Assembly: GCF_036321535.1 (NCBI RefSeq)
Contig: NC_087436.1
Coordinates: 110,114,001 to 110,178,000, forward strand
Reading direction: 5' to 3'
Origin: Camelus dromedarius
Lineage: Eukaryota
Length of the DNA stretch: 64,000 nt
Part shown: positions 1-13,409 of the stretch, in pieces
How the letters are laid out: each line of letters opens with the position of its first letter
Position numbering within the stretch: the stretch's first letter is position 1
Program-made: the position numbers and the translations under genes
The notes under the pieces: generated by a model
What the model was told of the DNA's origin: nothing
Seen by the model: only the letters and a program-made list of their open reading frames with translations
Database searches by the model: none

Positions 1-569
1 AACTTCTAAAAATCCACATATTGAATTATTTTAAAAGTAACTGCATGTGTAAAAATTTGAAGTTGGGGCCTGCAGGCTTTTGAGCTAACCAGTCTGAGCC
101 TGCATTGAAGGAATAAGAACCTAGACCCCAATACATGAAGGCCGTCTTTGGCTCATTTATATGGTACAGTACCACCAGCTGTTTTACCTGTAACTATTAC
201 CATAGTTACTGAGTGTGGCCTGGAATATGCCCCAAACAGTATCAGCAGCCTCTACCCTGTCTTGGACCTGGAAATCATGCATCTGTAGGCACTGAGGTGA
301 AAGCGGTAAGTGAGGAGCTGAATAACAAAGTCAACATTTAGTGTGTCCCCTCTTAGCCCATTCTTCCTGACTGTGGCCACTGATGCCTTATACAAAGCCA
401 CAGTTGGAATGCTAGAGTACCTGGATAAATGCATAGATATGTGTGAACATCTAGGGATCCAGAGCCTCCCTTGTGCTTCTCTTGAATGGAGTAGGTCAGC
501 ACCATCGGGAAACGGAGTGTTCCATTTCAATTTATAGAACGGGGTGTTTATATACAACCTGAATTCAAG

Positions 570-900
570 ACACTTTGCTAGGAAGCAAAGATGAGTAAAT
601 GATTCACTGCTCTCAGGAGTCTTGTAAACTAATATGGAGAATAAGATCCATATACAATGGCTGTCCTAAAACAGAATCGGATATGCGACATAGGAGATAG
701 GAGTGATGTATGTAGAGTGTTGTTGGGGTAAAAGAGAGCACAACCACATCTGATAAACATAAGCTTCTAAAGAGGAGGCGACTGAAAGATGCTTTGCAAG
801 ATAACTAGGGGGTTGGGAGGTGAAGGTAGGTGAACACAAGGGATTCCTGGTGGAGTTGACTGCATCAGCAGAGAAATGGAGACATGACAGTGACCTCAGA
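570..900 (-). mobile_element. L2 LINE fragment (ancient)
   Basis: Purine-rich degraded sequence resembling antisense L2 3' region (ctgctctcaggagtcttgta...aagcttctaaagaggaggcgactgaaagatgctttg). Confidence 0.5.
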
Positions 901-1345
901 GGACAACAGGTAATACAATCCAGATAGATGTTAGGGCTGTGGTGGACTTTCTTTTCATTTTTCTTCAGAAGAAAAGAACTGCTAGAAATTGCTTTCCAGT
1001 GTTGGAGTCTAATTTTGTTCTAAGGCAACTTCGTAAAGTCCTTACTCCTATTATTATATCTACATATATATAAATATGTTAATAATGAGTGCCCAAGGCT
1101 TGCTGTTTCCTCCCCAGAAAATGTGTGATACTGCGACTTTTTTCCCAATACCATAAAATAGTGTCTTTACTTAATTACATCCTTTGTACATGTTACATAA
1201 AATTATTCAAGAACATGCTTTTAGGGTTCTATTTAGTTCATGATTTTAATACAACAGTGAACAGATCTGGACTTCCCTCTGTGCTACGGTTACTATAGTT
1301 TTAAATGAAAACCACTTATTCAAACATTATCCATGCATTCACCTC

Positions 1346-1837
1346 TGTAGGAGACAAAAAGATTTTCCCTTCTCATCTATGTTCTTTGGCTGGTCTAGCA
1401 ATTAAATTGACATAAGATAGATGAAGAGGAGAAAAACAAGTTTAATTTCATACACACAGAAGTCCCAAAGATATGAGACTCCCAGAAGTGACCAAAGCAG
1501 GAAGCTTTTATACCATCTAGACAAACAAACAATAAATTTGTGAAGAATTGACAAGACAAAGAAGCTTGGACTTGTGGTAGTAAATTGGTGAAGAGGTAAC
1601 AAGGTTTGTTTACACAGTCTTCTCAGCCCTAAATTCCCCATCTCTGGTGATAAGGATGTCTCTCTACTCCTGGCACAGGAAGGGTACTTTTCACATGGGA
1701 GATTTATTTCCTGCCTTCAGAGGGACAAAGGAGGGTCAGAGTGTTATTGAACCAGCTGTTTCTCAAGTGACTTTCATTTAAAATAATCAATATGCCAGAA
1801 TGGCACACTTTGGAGTGACACATTCTCTCCTCCTTCA
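1346..1837 (-). mobile_element. ERV1 solo LTR, MER34-like
   Basis: TG...CA termini at 1346/1837 and a 4-bp near-TSD cctc/ccac. The reverse complement starts tgaaggaggagagaatgtgtcactccaaagtgtgccattctggcatattgattatttt, as in MER34-family LTRs. Confidence 0.8.
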
Positions 1838-1968
1838 CCACGCAAAAAAATATCCCTGGAAAATCCACGATATGACTGGTTCAGAGTTTAAGCATGTTGG
1901 AGACACAAAGGTATATTGGACAAAGACTGTTTGAAGGGCTTCAGAGTTATGAAATAAGCATGGAATCA

Positions 1969-2060
1969 ATTATTCATTCATTTATTCATTCAGTAAATAC
2001 ATTCTGATCATATACTCTGTGCTAGGTACTATTCTGGTTTCTGGGTCATCAGATAGTGAC
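1969..2060 (-). mobile_element. L2 3' terminus
   Basis: attcattcatttattcattcagtaaatac...ctgtgctaggtactattctgg matches the antisense L2 3' end with its (TTCA)n tail. Confidence 0.7.
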
Positions 2061-2548
2061 GCATATTATAAAGGAAGTTAAAGCAAGGGAAAGAGATTGT
2101 TTTGGGTAAAGTCATGGGAGCAGACTTAGGGTGTAGGAAGACAGCAGTGACAAATAACTATTTAATGATAATAAAATCAAACACTCAAAATTAATCAGTG
2201 TGTTCGCAGTCTTACAGGCATTCCTGACTAAGCTAGGATTAGAATCTGTCTTCCAAATCTTAGTCAATGCTTACTACTTCTCATAGTCTAATGGAGGCAA
2301 GAGAGAATACAAAGGAAAGTGGGGGTATGACAAGTCCAAGGCAGGCTCAGGAAGACTCCAGTTCAGATGGTGCATAAGGTTCAGATCAGTGGGCTAGGGA
2401 TGGGAATATGGATTAAGGAGAGATTGTGAGCTTGGAGATACTGGGCTAAGCAGTTTGTCATCAATTTCCTAGGCAACTGGGAACCTTTGCTTGAATATGT
2501 ATTCGACACTCACTGCAAAAATAAAACAATTGAAAATCTCCATATTCT

Positions 2549-2860
2549 TCTCATTCATCATTTAACTCATTCAACCTTTATGGAACCACCTGCCATGTGA
2601 CAGGCACTTTGATAAGAGCTGTCCACAGGAACCCACAGCCTAGTGGGGCAACTTATACAAACATCTATTGTGCCCATTAAACGTGACAAGTGCTTGAGAG
2701 CACTTTCTCCTGTGACTGGAGTATGCACACAGTGCTCACTGGAGCTCGGAGAAGGGACACCTAATCCAGTTTGGTGAGTAGGATCAGGGAGCCTCCCCAG
2801 CTGAAGGTACAGCAGGTTAATTCTTGAATGACAGAAGTTTCCCAAGGGAAAAAAAAATGG
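2549..2860 (-). mobile_element. L2 3' fragment
   Basis: tcattcatcatttaactcattcaacc...tgtgacaggcacttt...cacagcctagtgggg, L2-like. Confidence 0.65.
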
Positions 2861-3029
2861 TAAATAGAAATCAAGTCTTATTAGACATTGATTTTGGTAC
2901 ATGAGATAGGGTCGTGTTATTTTATTCTGCAGTTTTTGTGATCCTGAATGCTAGTAATGGTGGCCCTAAAATATTTCAATAAGTTTGTCACTGACGGAAG
3001 CAGTATCTCTCCACTCCCAAGTAAAATCT

Positions 3030-3300
3030 GATAAACTCATATTTGTCCTTCAAGACCCAATTCAAACATCCTGCCTCCTTTAAAGTTTATCTCTGAAGAA
3101 TTAATTAATCTTCCTTTGTGGACCCACAGAGCTCATTGCACTTCCGCCATCCATAAAGCAGCTGTCGCCTTGTTATTTTGTCACGTCTGTATCTGTTTCT
3201 GTCCACTCTAAATGCTGGGTGACCTGAAGCACAAGACTGCTTTAGCACTGTGGCCTGCCCTGTGCCACCTTAAACAGGGAAGATGGATCAAATGAAAGAA
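3030..3300 (+). mobile_element. L2 3' fragment
   Basis: ctcatatttgtccttcaagacccaattcaaacatcctgcctcc, an L2 motif. Confidence 0.6.
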
Positions 3301-5739
3301 AGAATTATGAAATGCCTCCAGAAAAACTGTCAAATCATTTCAATTTAATTATGTCAATTTTGTTTGGTTGTACACTGACTCTTTAACAAACCTTAAGACC
3401 TGGGTCATATTTACTACAAGCCTCAATTACTAATAGAGTAATATTCAATTATGGACACTGCGTGGCACAGAAAATGCAAAATAAATACTCCCTTAATGAA
3501 TATAGACTCAGTGAACCAGATGTCTTATTTTGCCAATGATTTTGAGAAAAAAAAAAGACTTTCTTCTCTAGTAAAAACTCAAACTGCTCTGTAAGAAATT
3601 TATAATGCTCAGAAATAAGTATTTATAAAAATCTGTCACTTGAGTTTATTAACCTACTTCATTTATCTCCTTTTCCCTAATGATGTTACCTTGATTTCTT
3701 CCTGCTTTCCTTTAGTAGCTTCATTGATTTGTCTCAGCTGACTCATGCTCTCACATTCCCTGTTCTTTTGTCAGGTTTCTTTGTGTGCAACTGTGCATTT
3801 TCCTATCCATGTAATATTGAGTACATATTGAGTTTCAATCACATCAAACCTATGTTATTTTTATTTGAATTGCTATTAAGCAAATTTTCCCATATCCCAC
3901 AGTTTAAGAATTAATTTATTTAACCTAACTGTATCTTTATCAACTTATCTTCACCTCTCAAGTTAACAAGTACCTATTGTTTCAACTTGGTGAGATATTT
4001 TCATAGCTTGATTTTATTACCCAGCCACTTTGGCTTTTCATCCTAACTTTCTTATTCACAGTGTAGTTCATTCTATAGCTCTGTATTTTTAATAAGTTGT
4101 TGGTGTATTTCTAAATGGAACACAAGTAAGTAAAAATCTTTGTAAACTTAATGAACTTCTCCAGGAGATAACAATAAACAGAAAACTAAACAATAAACAC
4201 TTAAGTTTTTCTTGTTAATTTTGGAAAAACAGCTATTTAATATATTAATTAGATTGCAAATCATAGATTCAATAGTCAATAAGAAGGAGCAGAACTCAGT
4301 AATCCACTCAACTGGACATTTCAACCGTCAGTATGGATAGTTAATGCTCAATATTTGCCATTGATTTGGATTACATAAGTGAGGAAATGATTCAAATAAC
4401 CAACCGATCAGGCAATTCTGACTGGAGTTATCAAATTCCTTGTAGATAGATTTTCCTGTATTTCATTTTATGTCTTATAAAGAGCCAAAGAAGCCACTAC
4501 ATGTCCTTGTGAAAGGCACAGGACACCTCTGGATTTCAGTTTATCTTTCTTTTAATCAAGACCAAGAAATTTTAAAGTGATAGCTTCCAATTCTAAAATA
4601 TTAAACTTTGAGGTTATAATTAACTCATATGTATTAACCACCTACTTAGTGTTAAATTGCATAATGTTATTTGAAGCTACAACCAGGAAATTGATGTATG
4701 TGGAAATTATAGCTAGATAGACCATATTTTATTATATAAATCAAATTTCACTTGTTTTAAACTCAATCTCTGCCTAGCAAATTGTTCAATATAATCATTT
4801 GAGGTCAGAACCACTTCCTCCTTTTTCCCATCGTATTTTACAAGATATATTAAATTTACAAAGCCAAAGATACTAAGAGTCTCTGGTTCTCACTACATTT
4901 TATTCATGAAGACCTTGTAGAATATTCAGTTAGGAGAAGACTAATGAATCAAGTCCCTGTGGACCAAGCCAGATCCACTGCTCACAGAATCTAGAGTTTG
5001 TCTCAAAACAAACATACAGTCGTCACCAGATAATATTCTATCACTTTGGGGTGTTGGTACCAGTTGGGTACACATGACTATCACATAAGAATTTCATCGC
5101 TCTTCAGTCTTCCTAGCCTCAGGGGATGTGCATCTTTCCCACTGGGATTTAAATATTAAGACATTCTCCTTTCCCCTGGCTTCTTCAGTCTACAACCTTA
5201 CCCATCCCCATCACATCTGACCTAATGCGTTGCGGTGACTTATTTTCTAAAATCAAATATTTCTGTCTATTCACAAAACCATTCACATTAAACAAATAAA
5301 GCAAAACAAAAAGAAGCAAAGAACTTAAAATACAGGAGAACACGAATGCCAGGATAAGCACTATTTTTTTTAAATAGGAAAAAAGAAAGAGAAAGATGCA
5401 TTTTAATCCTTTTGTATCTATAGCATCAAAGAAGAAACAGAAATTTTTATCTTAATACTTTACCCTCTTTTGACAATAATTCAATTTACACTTCTGGAAA
5501 TGTCCTGTTGGCAGCCATATCTCAGGTACAACTGTTCTATTCTAAGTTTTCATTTCTAGGTAAGACAACTGCAGTTCTTTTGCTATTTATACCTGTTGAC
5601 CTAAAATATTAAATAAATAATTGCATAAATAATATTAATTATTTAACACAGGTTTTGCAGGAACATTGCTGAATAGTTTATAAAATAATATTATAATTAA
5701 TCTAGCTTTAACATTTTAATACTAAACCTAAAACATTTT

Positions 5740-6350
5740 TTCAAGTGTATACTTATGGTTACAAATAGAAGGTCATATTACATATGTTGTTTTCCCTTTT
5801 TTTTATTAATAAAATGGTATCTCATTGACATCTTTCCATGTTATTGTACACACACTAACTTCATTTGTCTTTAAACTGCATAGTATTTCTCAGTGTACTT
5901 GTCCCTTCATCTGCTGTTGATATGTAAGTTGGTCCAATTTTTTACGACTGCAGATAGTCTAGCAATAGATACCTTTTCATATAGATGGCTGTAGATTTCC
6001 ATTAGTATCTCAATAAGATTGATTTATAACCATGAAATAAATGCATGAGAGAGTATATGTATCTTAAAATCTCTCAGGATACTTGCTAAATACTCCCAAA
6101 ATACTGTTCCAATTATACATCCAGCAACAGAGCATGAGACTTATCCTTCCTTCCTACCACTCTACTGACATGGACATTCTAAACTGTTTTTGTTTTTTTT
6201 TTTTCAATTTAGTGTGTGAAAAGTGGTAAATGTGTTTTTATTTAATCACTAGTGGAATTGAGTGCTTTAACATGTTTACTATGTGTATTTCTTTTCCTTT
6301 GAATTGCTTTTTCACATCCTTCACTCAAAATGTGTACATTATTTTCCCTA
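5740..6350 (-). mobile_element. Ancient L1 (L1ME-like) 3' fragment
   Basis: gacatctttccatg...ctgcatagtattt...ttccaattatacatccagcaacagagcatgagac, antisense old L1 3' region. Confidence 0.65.
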
Positions 6351-6374
6351 ATATGTATATTAGGGGAAATTTGT

Positions 6375-6500
6375 AATATTTATCCATTATAAAGATGAAT
6401 AATTTAGAGGTAAAAAAGTCAAGTAACTTGTCCAAGTGTCTATACAATCTTAATCTAAACTCTTTCCTTGACTTTGTAGCTATGCTATTAACAACTACAC
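6375..6500 (-). mobile_element. MIR SINE
   Basis: tatccattataaagatgaataatttagaggt...aagtaacttgtccaag, antisense MIR core. Confidence 0.65.
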
Positions 6501-7689
6501 TAAATTATTTCTGTAGCATCCTTTCCAGTATTTACACTCCTCACATAGAAATCAATGTCTCCTCAACTTGTTTAAACAGAAATAACATTAAAAGATCAGA
6601 AATCGGACATAGTTATACATTGCTTTCTTATAAATAGTTATATAGAAAAATGAAGAGGGCCTTTCTTCATCACAATTAACTGTTATGCTGGTGATCAAAA
6701 CCTGGTGAATAATTTCTAAAGTAAATGTACTTGTCCACACATGTTCTATTTCTCTCCTTTGGCCTATGATATAGTTGCCATGGAAATGAGACTGTTTCGT
6801 GTTACATGTCTAAAAAATAGTATTTTTCTTTTTTCATAGAGGTCCAGCAGATGTATACTTTTTTTAAATGATACGTTTATTTGTAGAAATTTGAAGATAC
6901 ACCAAACTGAAGAAAAGTTGTGCTAATTACTGATTTTCCAAATTCAGCTAATACAAAACACATCAAATAAGAAGTAAAAGAGATAACTATGCTTTTTATA
7001 CTTTCAAAGAAGCAAGTTGACTTGTAGGAATTGATGATTCTCTTCCAGTTTAGTGTGTGTTTTCTTTCATCTTCTAGGTTCTGTGAAGCAATACCTAATT
7101 TAAAGTTTAATATCTTTCTTCTGTTCCCACATGCAGCAGATGGCCCAGGCAACTACCTCCTACTATTCAATTCCTTAGTGACATTTATTATTCATCAGAA
7201 AGGAAGTTAGGAAACATTATCTTTCCAATTCCTGGCTTGCTTAATCAAATAAATTAAAGGAAATATCCTGTAGTTAGCAAAGGAATTATATTTAAACCCA
7301 TAAAAGCATTAAAAAGTAAAACCTAGTGGCTACTCATTGGGGACACTTGACTGTTGTTCTGCGGCACAGATGATTTGGTTGGAAAATGTAACTAATAAGA
7401 AACAAATGATAATTGCTTTTGCAACAGAGCTCAGTTTCTAGTGATACTGAGCTTTGAACCACAGAAGTCTGGCCAATGAAGAAATTAACCTCTTGCCCAT
7501 CTCTCCTGGCCACCAGTCCCTCCATGTTTTTAATTAGAGACCCAGGATGCAGGTCAGGGAAAGTAGGTAGAATACTCATTCCATCTGCATTTTGAATCTT
7601 AGTGTTTTGCCATATGTGTTTTTGAAAGGCAATGCTAGAGAATAAGTCTCCTATAAGGAGAGACACAAAAGAGGAGTGGTTTGATGAAT

Positions 7690-8125
7690 ATATTACTTTG
7701 GACTTTTTCTGATGCAAAGGCAAAAAACCCAATTTGTACTGGCTTAAAAATAGGGAATTCTGTTGACTTTTACAACTGCAGAGATGAAAATTAGTCCTAG
7801 TTTCAGATTTTGCTGAATTTTATTAATTCAGACAGTATCATCAGAGCTCTCTTGTTTTTCTCTTTCTCTTGGCCCTCATTTCCTGAGATCATCTCTCTTT
7901 TCAGGTGGCTTTTTTCTCAAGATAACATGAGGGCAGGAGCAACATGGCACCTGCAAAAGGAAGGAGTCACCTTTCTAGTCTCGCCAGGACAATATCCATG
8001 ATTATGTCAGACTGAATAAACTTTTTTCATGTAATCTTTTCTGAATCAATGACTGATTATACAATAATGGTATAATCAGATTAGTTTAGGGCCACTTCGC
8101 CTGCCCATCCTTGAAACTAGGGAGA
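7690..8125 (-). mobile_element. Old MaLR LTR (MLT1K/L-like)
   Basis: ggactttttctgatgcaaaggcaaaaaacccaatttgtactggcttaaaaatagggaatt matches the antisense end of old MLT1 LTRs. Confidence 0.6.
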
Positions 8126-8139
8126 GTCTTACCACCTCT

Positions 8140-10040
8140 CCAATGTAATTTCCTTTGAGATGTCATTTTTGACTCATGGGCTGTTTAGCAGTCTATCGTG
8201 AAATTCCAAATATTTAACAGATATATTTCTGCTGTTGATTTCTAATGAATCCATGGTGGAAAGAGAACATACCTCATGTGATTAATCTTTTTAAATGTTT
8301 TCAGACTTGGTGTTGGTTCAGAATGTGATCTATCCATTGAGTATCCCATGTATACTTCAGAAGAATATGTATTCTGTTGTTGAGTGGAGTTTTATTTAAT
8401 AGTTGTGTTCAAGTCTATAAAATCTTTGCTGATTTTCTATATATTTCTTCTGCATGTACTATACCCACGGATTTTGTCTTTCTCTCTATTTTCTACTCAA
8501 GTCTGTCATGTTGTTTGAAGCAAACACAATTACAGTTGTTATACCCTCATAATGAAATGACCGATTTATCATCATAAATGTTTTTCTTTATTCCTGGCAA
8601 TATTTCTTGTTCTGAAATGTAATTTAATTCTTATTAACCACTTCAGTCAGCCATATGTTCTTATTGCTATCTGAGTGGTACATCTTTTCTTTGGTACTTT
8701 TGCTTTTAAGCTATGTATGTCTACAGAATTTCTCTGTAACTTATTTTCAGTAATTTGTATATGATGTGCCTTTGGATTTAAAAAATTGTTATTCTGTATG
8801 TCATCCCCCATCTTCTTGAACTCCAAGTATTCTGATTATTGCCTGAGCTTGCTGCTGCTCAGGGTTTTTAATATTTTTCCTCTCTGTCTTATTTTGGATG
8901 GTTTTTATTGATATGTCTTCAAGTGAACTGATATTTTTCTGCTGTATCTAATCTGTGATAAATCACATCCAGTGTATTTATCATTTTTGATAATTTTCAT
9001 CTCTAGATTTTCTGATTGGATATTTTTATACCTTCCATTTCTCATCTTATCATGATCATGTTTTCCTCCACCTTATTAAATGTATGCAGTATTTTTTTAA
9101 ATTGAAGTTTAGTTGATTTACAATGTTGTATTAGTCTCTGGTATACAACATAATGACTCAGTTACACACACATATATATTCTTTTCCATAATTTTTTCAT
9201 TATAGGTTACTACAAGATATTGAGTATAGTTGCCTGTGCTATACAATAGGACTGTGTTGTTTATCTGTTATATAATATAGTAGTTAGTATCTACAAATCC
9301 AAAACTCCCAATTCATTCCTCTTCATCTAATGACAGTTGTCATAACGTCTATGTTTTCTAGTCCCATCCTTATTGCATTTCCAGGTTTGCTTCTGTTGAG
9401 TATTTCTTTTCATGCTGAGTGGGTCATATTTTCCTGCCCCTTTGTATACCTGATAATTTTTATTGTTTGCTGGAATTATAACTTTTTTGTTAGTTGATGG
9501 ATATTTCTTATTCCTTTAAATGGTGGGGTTTTTTATACACAAGTAGATTTCTTAGAATTAGCTTGACCATTTCAAGGCTTTCAGATTGGTCCACAGCAGC
9601 ATTTATTCTAGGGCTACATTAACCTCTCAACCAAGGCTATACCCTTGTGAGAATTCTACACCATGTATCATTTACTTTATATCTTATCCTTCCACTACAG
9701 ATGATGGAAACACAAGTTTCCCCAACTCACATCATGGGCACTAGAATTTATTCTCTTTCCTCCTTTTAGGTGGCTTCCCCCAGGTCTCTGACAGTTTCCT
9801 TTCACACATTCACTGATCAGTATAAGTCAGGTTGTCAAGGGGATCTCTCTATGAGTTTCTAGAGTTCTCTCTCTCCCTTAAACATAGGACTTCATGTGTT
9901 TGTTTTCCTTTTCAGAGATCACAGGCCAATGCCTCAAGTTTTCCATGTTTAAAAAGTAGTTGTCTTATATGGTGTGTCTAGTATTCCAGTTGTTGAAAGC
10001 AGAAAGATACATATATGCCTTGTACCCTATCCTGGCTCCA
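8140..10040 (-). mobile_element. Old L1M fragments (endonuclease, ORF1 and 5' region), interrupted by a younger L1
   Basis: ctgttgatttctaat...aagagaacatac...cagaatgtgatctat...aagaatatgtattctgttgttgagtggagt is antisense ORF2 EN. T-rich ORF1-like sequence follows at 8740-9080. Confidence 0.7.
9092..9325 (-). mobile_element. 5'-truncated cetartiodactyl (camelid-like) L1 3' UTR
   Basis: ttgaagtttagttgatttacaatgttgtattagtctctggtatacaacataatgactcagtt...ttataggttactacaagatattg, shared with other copies in the window. Confidence 0.85.
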
Positions 10041-10079
10041 TGGGGTATTCTTTTAAGGGCAGAATATTTACTACAGAAG

Positions 10080-10435
10080 ACAATAGATTACGATTAGTGG
10101 CTTAGCACCATTAAAGTTTATATCCTGCTCTCGTTGTCATTCAAAGCAGGGTTATTGGATCGGGTGGTTCTCTGGGCCAGCTGGCCCCTAAGCAGTCTCT
10201 CGGGACTCAGGTTCCATCCACGTTTTTGTGCAGCATGCCCTAAAGCTTCCTCGTTTTCTTTTGAGTTCTCTGCATTCAGTCGGCATGAGGGTGAAGACAG
10301 AAAGCATGGAAATATTGATGATCTAAGCTTAGATGTGTTCTATTCCACTTCTTCCCACACTCTTTCAACTTGAACTCATAGTCCCGCCAAGCTGCAAAAG
10401 ACGCCAGGAAATGTAACCTAGCTGCATATCTAGAG
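10080..10435 (-). mobile_element. Old MaLR LTR (MLT1-like)
   Basis: ggactcaggttccatcc...ccacttcttcccacac...aagctgcaaaagacgccaggaaatgtaacctagctg. Confidence 0.55.
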
Positions 10436-10976
10436 TAGTTTAGTCCAATAGAAATAAAACGTGAGCCACATATGTAATTGTAAATTTTCTAGTAGCCACG
10501 TTATAATGTAAAAAGAAACAGATAAAAGCACCTTTCATAATATATTTTAGTTAGACAAATTTATTCAATTAGACAAATTGAATTAGACCAATATGTTCAA
10601 AAGAATATCATTTTGACATGTATTCAATGTAAAATTACTAATGACGTTCTACATTTTCTTCCGTACCAAGTCTTCAAAGTCTGATGTGTATTTAATGTAC
10701 TTCCAGCATGTTTAAATTCAGATGTTAAATTTTAATAAAAAATACTCAATTGCTATTTATATTTCTTAAAATTTGCGATTAGAAAGTACATTTATATACC
10801 CAAGTTGTTTGAAGCACACTTAAAATTTTGTAACTAAATTGAGTATCCTTACTTTTTGAAATTTAAAGTAAAAAGTAAAAAGTTAATACCTAATTTAATC
10901 CTTTAGTCCACACTGGCTACATGTCAAATGATCAATAACCATATATGGCTATTAGATACTATACTGGACAGTGTAG
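10436..10976. mobile_element. hAT-Charlie DNA transposon (Charlie1b/MER33-like)
   Basis: Inverted termini gtccaatag...ctatactggacagtgtag and internal gagccacatatgtaattgtaaattttctagtagccac. Confidence 0.85.
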
Positions 10977-10984
10977 GTCAAGGG

Positions 10985-11318
10985 CAGGTGTCGGCAAACT
11001 ATGGCTTATTGGCCTAATCCAGCCTATAACCTGTTTTGTACAGTCTGAGAGCTAAGAATGGTTTTTCCCTTCCTAAATGATTGAAAAAAATCAAAATAAT
11101 AATAATATTGTGATACATGAACATTATAGGAAATTTTAATTTTATTCTCAATTAAAAATTTCTTATAGAACACACCCATGCCAATCCACCTATGTGTTGT
11201 CTGTGGCTGCTGCATAGACGGCAACAGCAGAGCTGAGTAGTTGCAGGAGAAGATACGACACCACAAACCTGAAGTATTTACTTTCTGGACATTTACAGAA
11301 AAGCTTTGCCATTAGTCT
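10985..11318. mobile_element. MER58B-like hAT-Charlie
   Basis: caggtgtcggcaaactatggc...gagctaagaatggttttt...acagcagagctgagtagttgc...tttacagaaaagctttgcc. Confidence 0.85.
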
Positions 11319-12210
11319 AAAACATAAGAAATCAGAATTTGTGAATGCATTGATATCTCTCCCCGCCTTATAATCTTGACCTATGTGGTGGTTCATAGAG
11401 TCATTTGAAGATGCAATATGGAGATTATTTTGTATTTTTAACAAATGCCGCTCAGCACATGCTGGATGTTGAAGAGCAGAATTTGGAGTTGTTTTAGAGA
11501 AAGAATGTGATTTGTCCATGAGAGATGCGGTAAAGAATGCATTAAGTTTAAAAAAACACTAGAATATTGGGAAAATGGAAGGGACATTATTAGAAGTCCT
11601 ACACCACATCTTAATAATCATGGAGTGGCAGAGTCACACGAGGAGTGACTTATGACAAAGGACAGCTATGGTTGTACTACTGTATCCAGCATCATTATCT
11701 CCGCACATCCCGGTACCTCCTTCATTTTCCTGAGGACTTCCCTTTATCTTTCAAGGTCCTTCTGCCCACTCCATGTACACGTAAGCCCTCTGCTGCTCAC
11801 GTCTGCAGTTCTCGCTTTACATGCTTCCCATGGATTTCACTTTCTTCTGTCAAGTAATGCCGGCTAATTTAATCTTGCTCCTGGTATCTGCTAATAATAC
11901 TAGGCATGTTTAGGGGCTTTGTCTTTTTCTCAGACAAAGCACATTCCACAGTTTTCTAAATAGGTACTCATGTGATTGATGTTACTGAAATCAGGGATTT
12001 CGGGAACTAGTTCCTACACTGGTTTCCACGTCTTAGCCATACCACCAACATATCTATATCCCAGGAACTGTATTCTATCTAGAACCTATCTTTGACATTT
12101 CTTATTTCCTGCAATTAAGGAACAGAAACAAGTTCAGCAGATGGTGTGGTAATACTGTGTTTCAAAGAGCAAAATAAAAAGTGAAAACACAGTTTGGAAA
12201 TCCTGCCTGA

Positions 12211-12680
12211 TGTGTCAGATTGACTACTGATAGCTCAGTACCATTCCCTCCCCTTCTGTATCCTCGTGGCTTCACAGGGGCTTGAAACCTGAAAACTACA
12301 TTTCCCTGACTTCCTGGCGAGTTGAGCTACAGCTCAGGATCTGCCTGCAAGAGGCACTCATGTGAGATGTAGAATACCGAGAAGAAGAGAAACCATTGCC
12401 ACTTTTCTATGGCAGGAGCTGGTAGAAAGGTGGGCAGAGGGCAGAAGAAAACTTTCCAACCAATTCTGAGTAAACATCTTCACACAACCTGCTTCCTGAG
12501 ATCACTGACAGTGCCTGAAGTCAATTTTAGCACCTCCTGACTTCCGGTACGTCAACAGGCTCTCACTGACTCCTGCCCCCACAGCACCTCTGATTGGATT
12601 GTTGCTTAGGTGATTATTCCTGTTTTAACTTCTTTCCTGTTAAAAATACTTTCAGTGGTTGGTCTTTTATAATATTTTTG
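12211..12680 (+). mobile_element. ERVL LTR (LTR33-like)
   Basis: tgtgtcagattg...gaaacctgaaaactacatttccctgacttcctggc...gaggcactcatgtgagat. Confidence 0.6.
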
Positions 12681-12944
12681 GAATCTGTTTTGTCATCCAG
12701 GACATTGGTTTCTTTCTTTCTTTCTTAAAGTTTTCTCCTTATGAGTTTGAGCTTTGTGTCAGTGTTTTCCCACTCAAGTCATTAAATGAATTCGTGAATA
12801 AACGTGTGTGTGTGTGTGCACCTGTGTGTGTAGAGGGAAAGACAGAAGGGAAGAAAGAGATAAAGGCACAAACCAGGGGGAAAAATGTCTTATCACAGAT
12901 CTTATAGAGCTCATCTAAGTTGTTATTTGTATCCTGTAGTCGAA

Positions 12945-13140
12945 TGATTCTCAAGGAAAATTGTTTCCAGCATTGGGGGCAACCTTCTTTTGTGAAGAAC
13001 CATCCTATGCAATATAAGAAATGCCTCGTACCGAGCCCCCATCTACCAAGTGCCTATGGCATCTTTAAATCATTGTAACAACTCAAAGTAGATTTTCAAA
13101 ATTTTTGCAGTCTTTGGTGGAACCACACCCAAATCACTAC
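12945..13140. mobile_element. MER20-like hAT fragment
   Basis: ccatcctatgcaatataagaa...ctaccaagtgcctatggca...cattgtaacaactcaaa, degraded. Confidence 0.45.
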
Positions 13141-13409
13141 TCCAACCTATTACAAATGCATCTATTTTTAATATCCGTAAGTACGTCTTCTCAATTTCAT
13201 TCACAAAGAGCTCTGAAAAATGATTTTTCAAAATGTCAATGCATTATGTCTCCAGAAATCCCTTGCATACCATTTCTTTGATGCTGTCTTGCAAAGTAAA
13301 CAATGTCAGTGTGCATATTAATGTGACATAAACTGTTCACTGTAATCCCAGCCTGACTCCTGATGAGCAGTCCTTTCTCATTTAATGCGTGTAATTCAAT
13401 ATTTTAAAA

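Noticed and set aside
7334..7732. 132-aa minus-strand ORF
   Set aside because: No recognisable domain, starts inside an LTR remnant, and its length is compatible with chance.
10551..10592. Three short ttagacaaat-like repeats
   Set aside because: Local slippage inside the Charlie element, not a CRISPR-like array.
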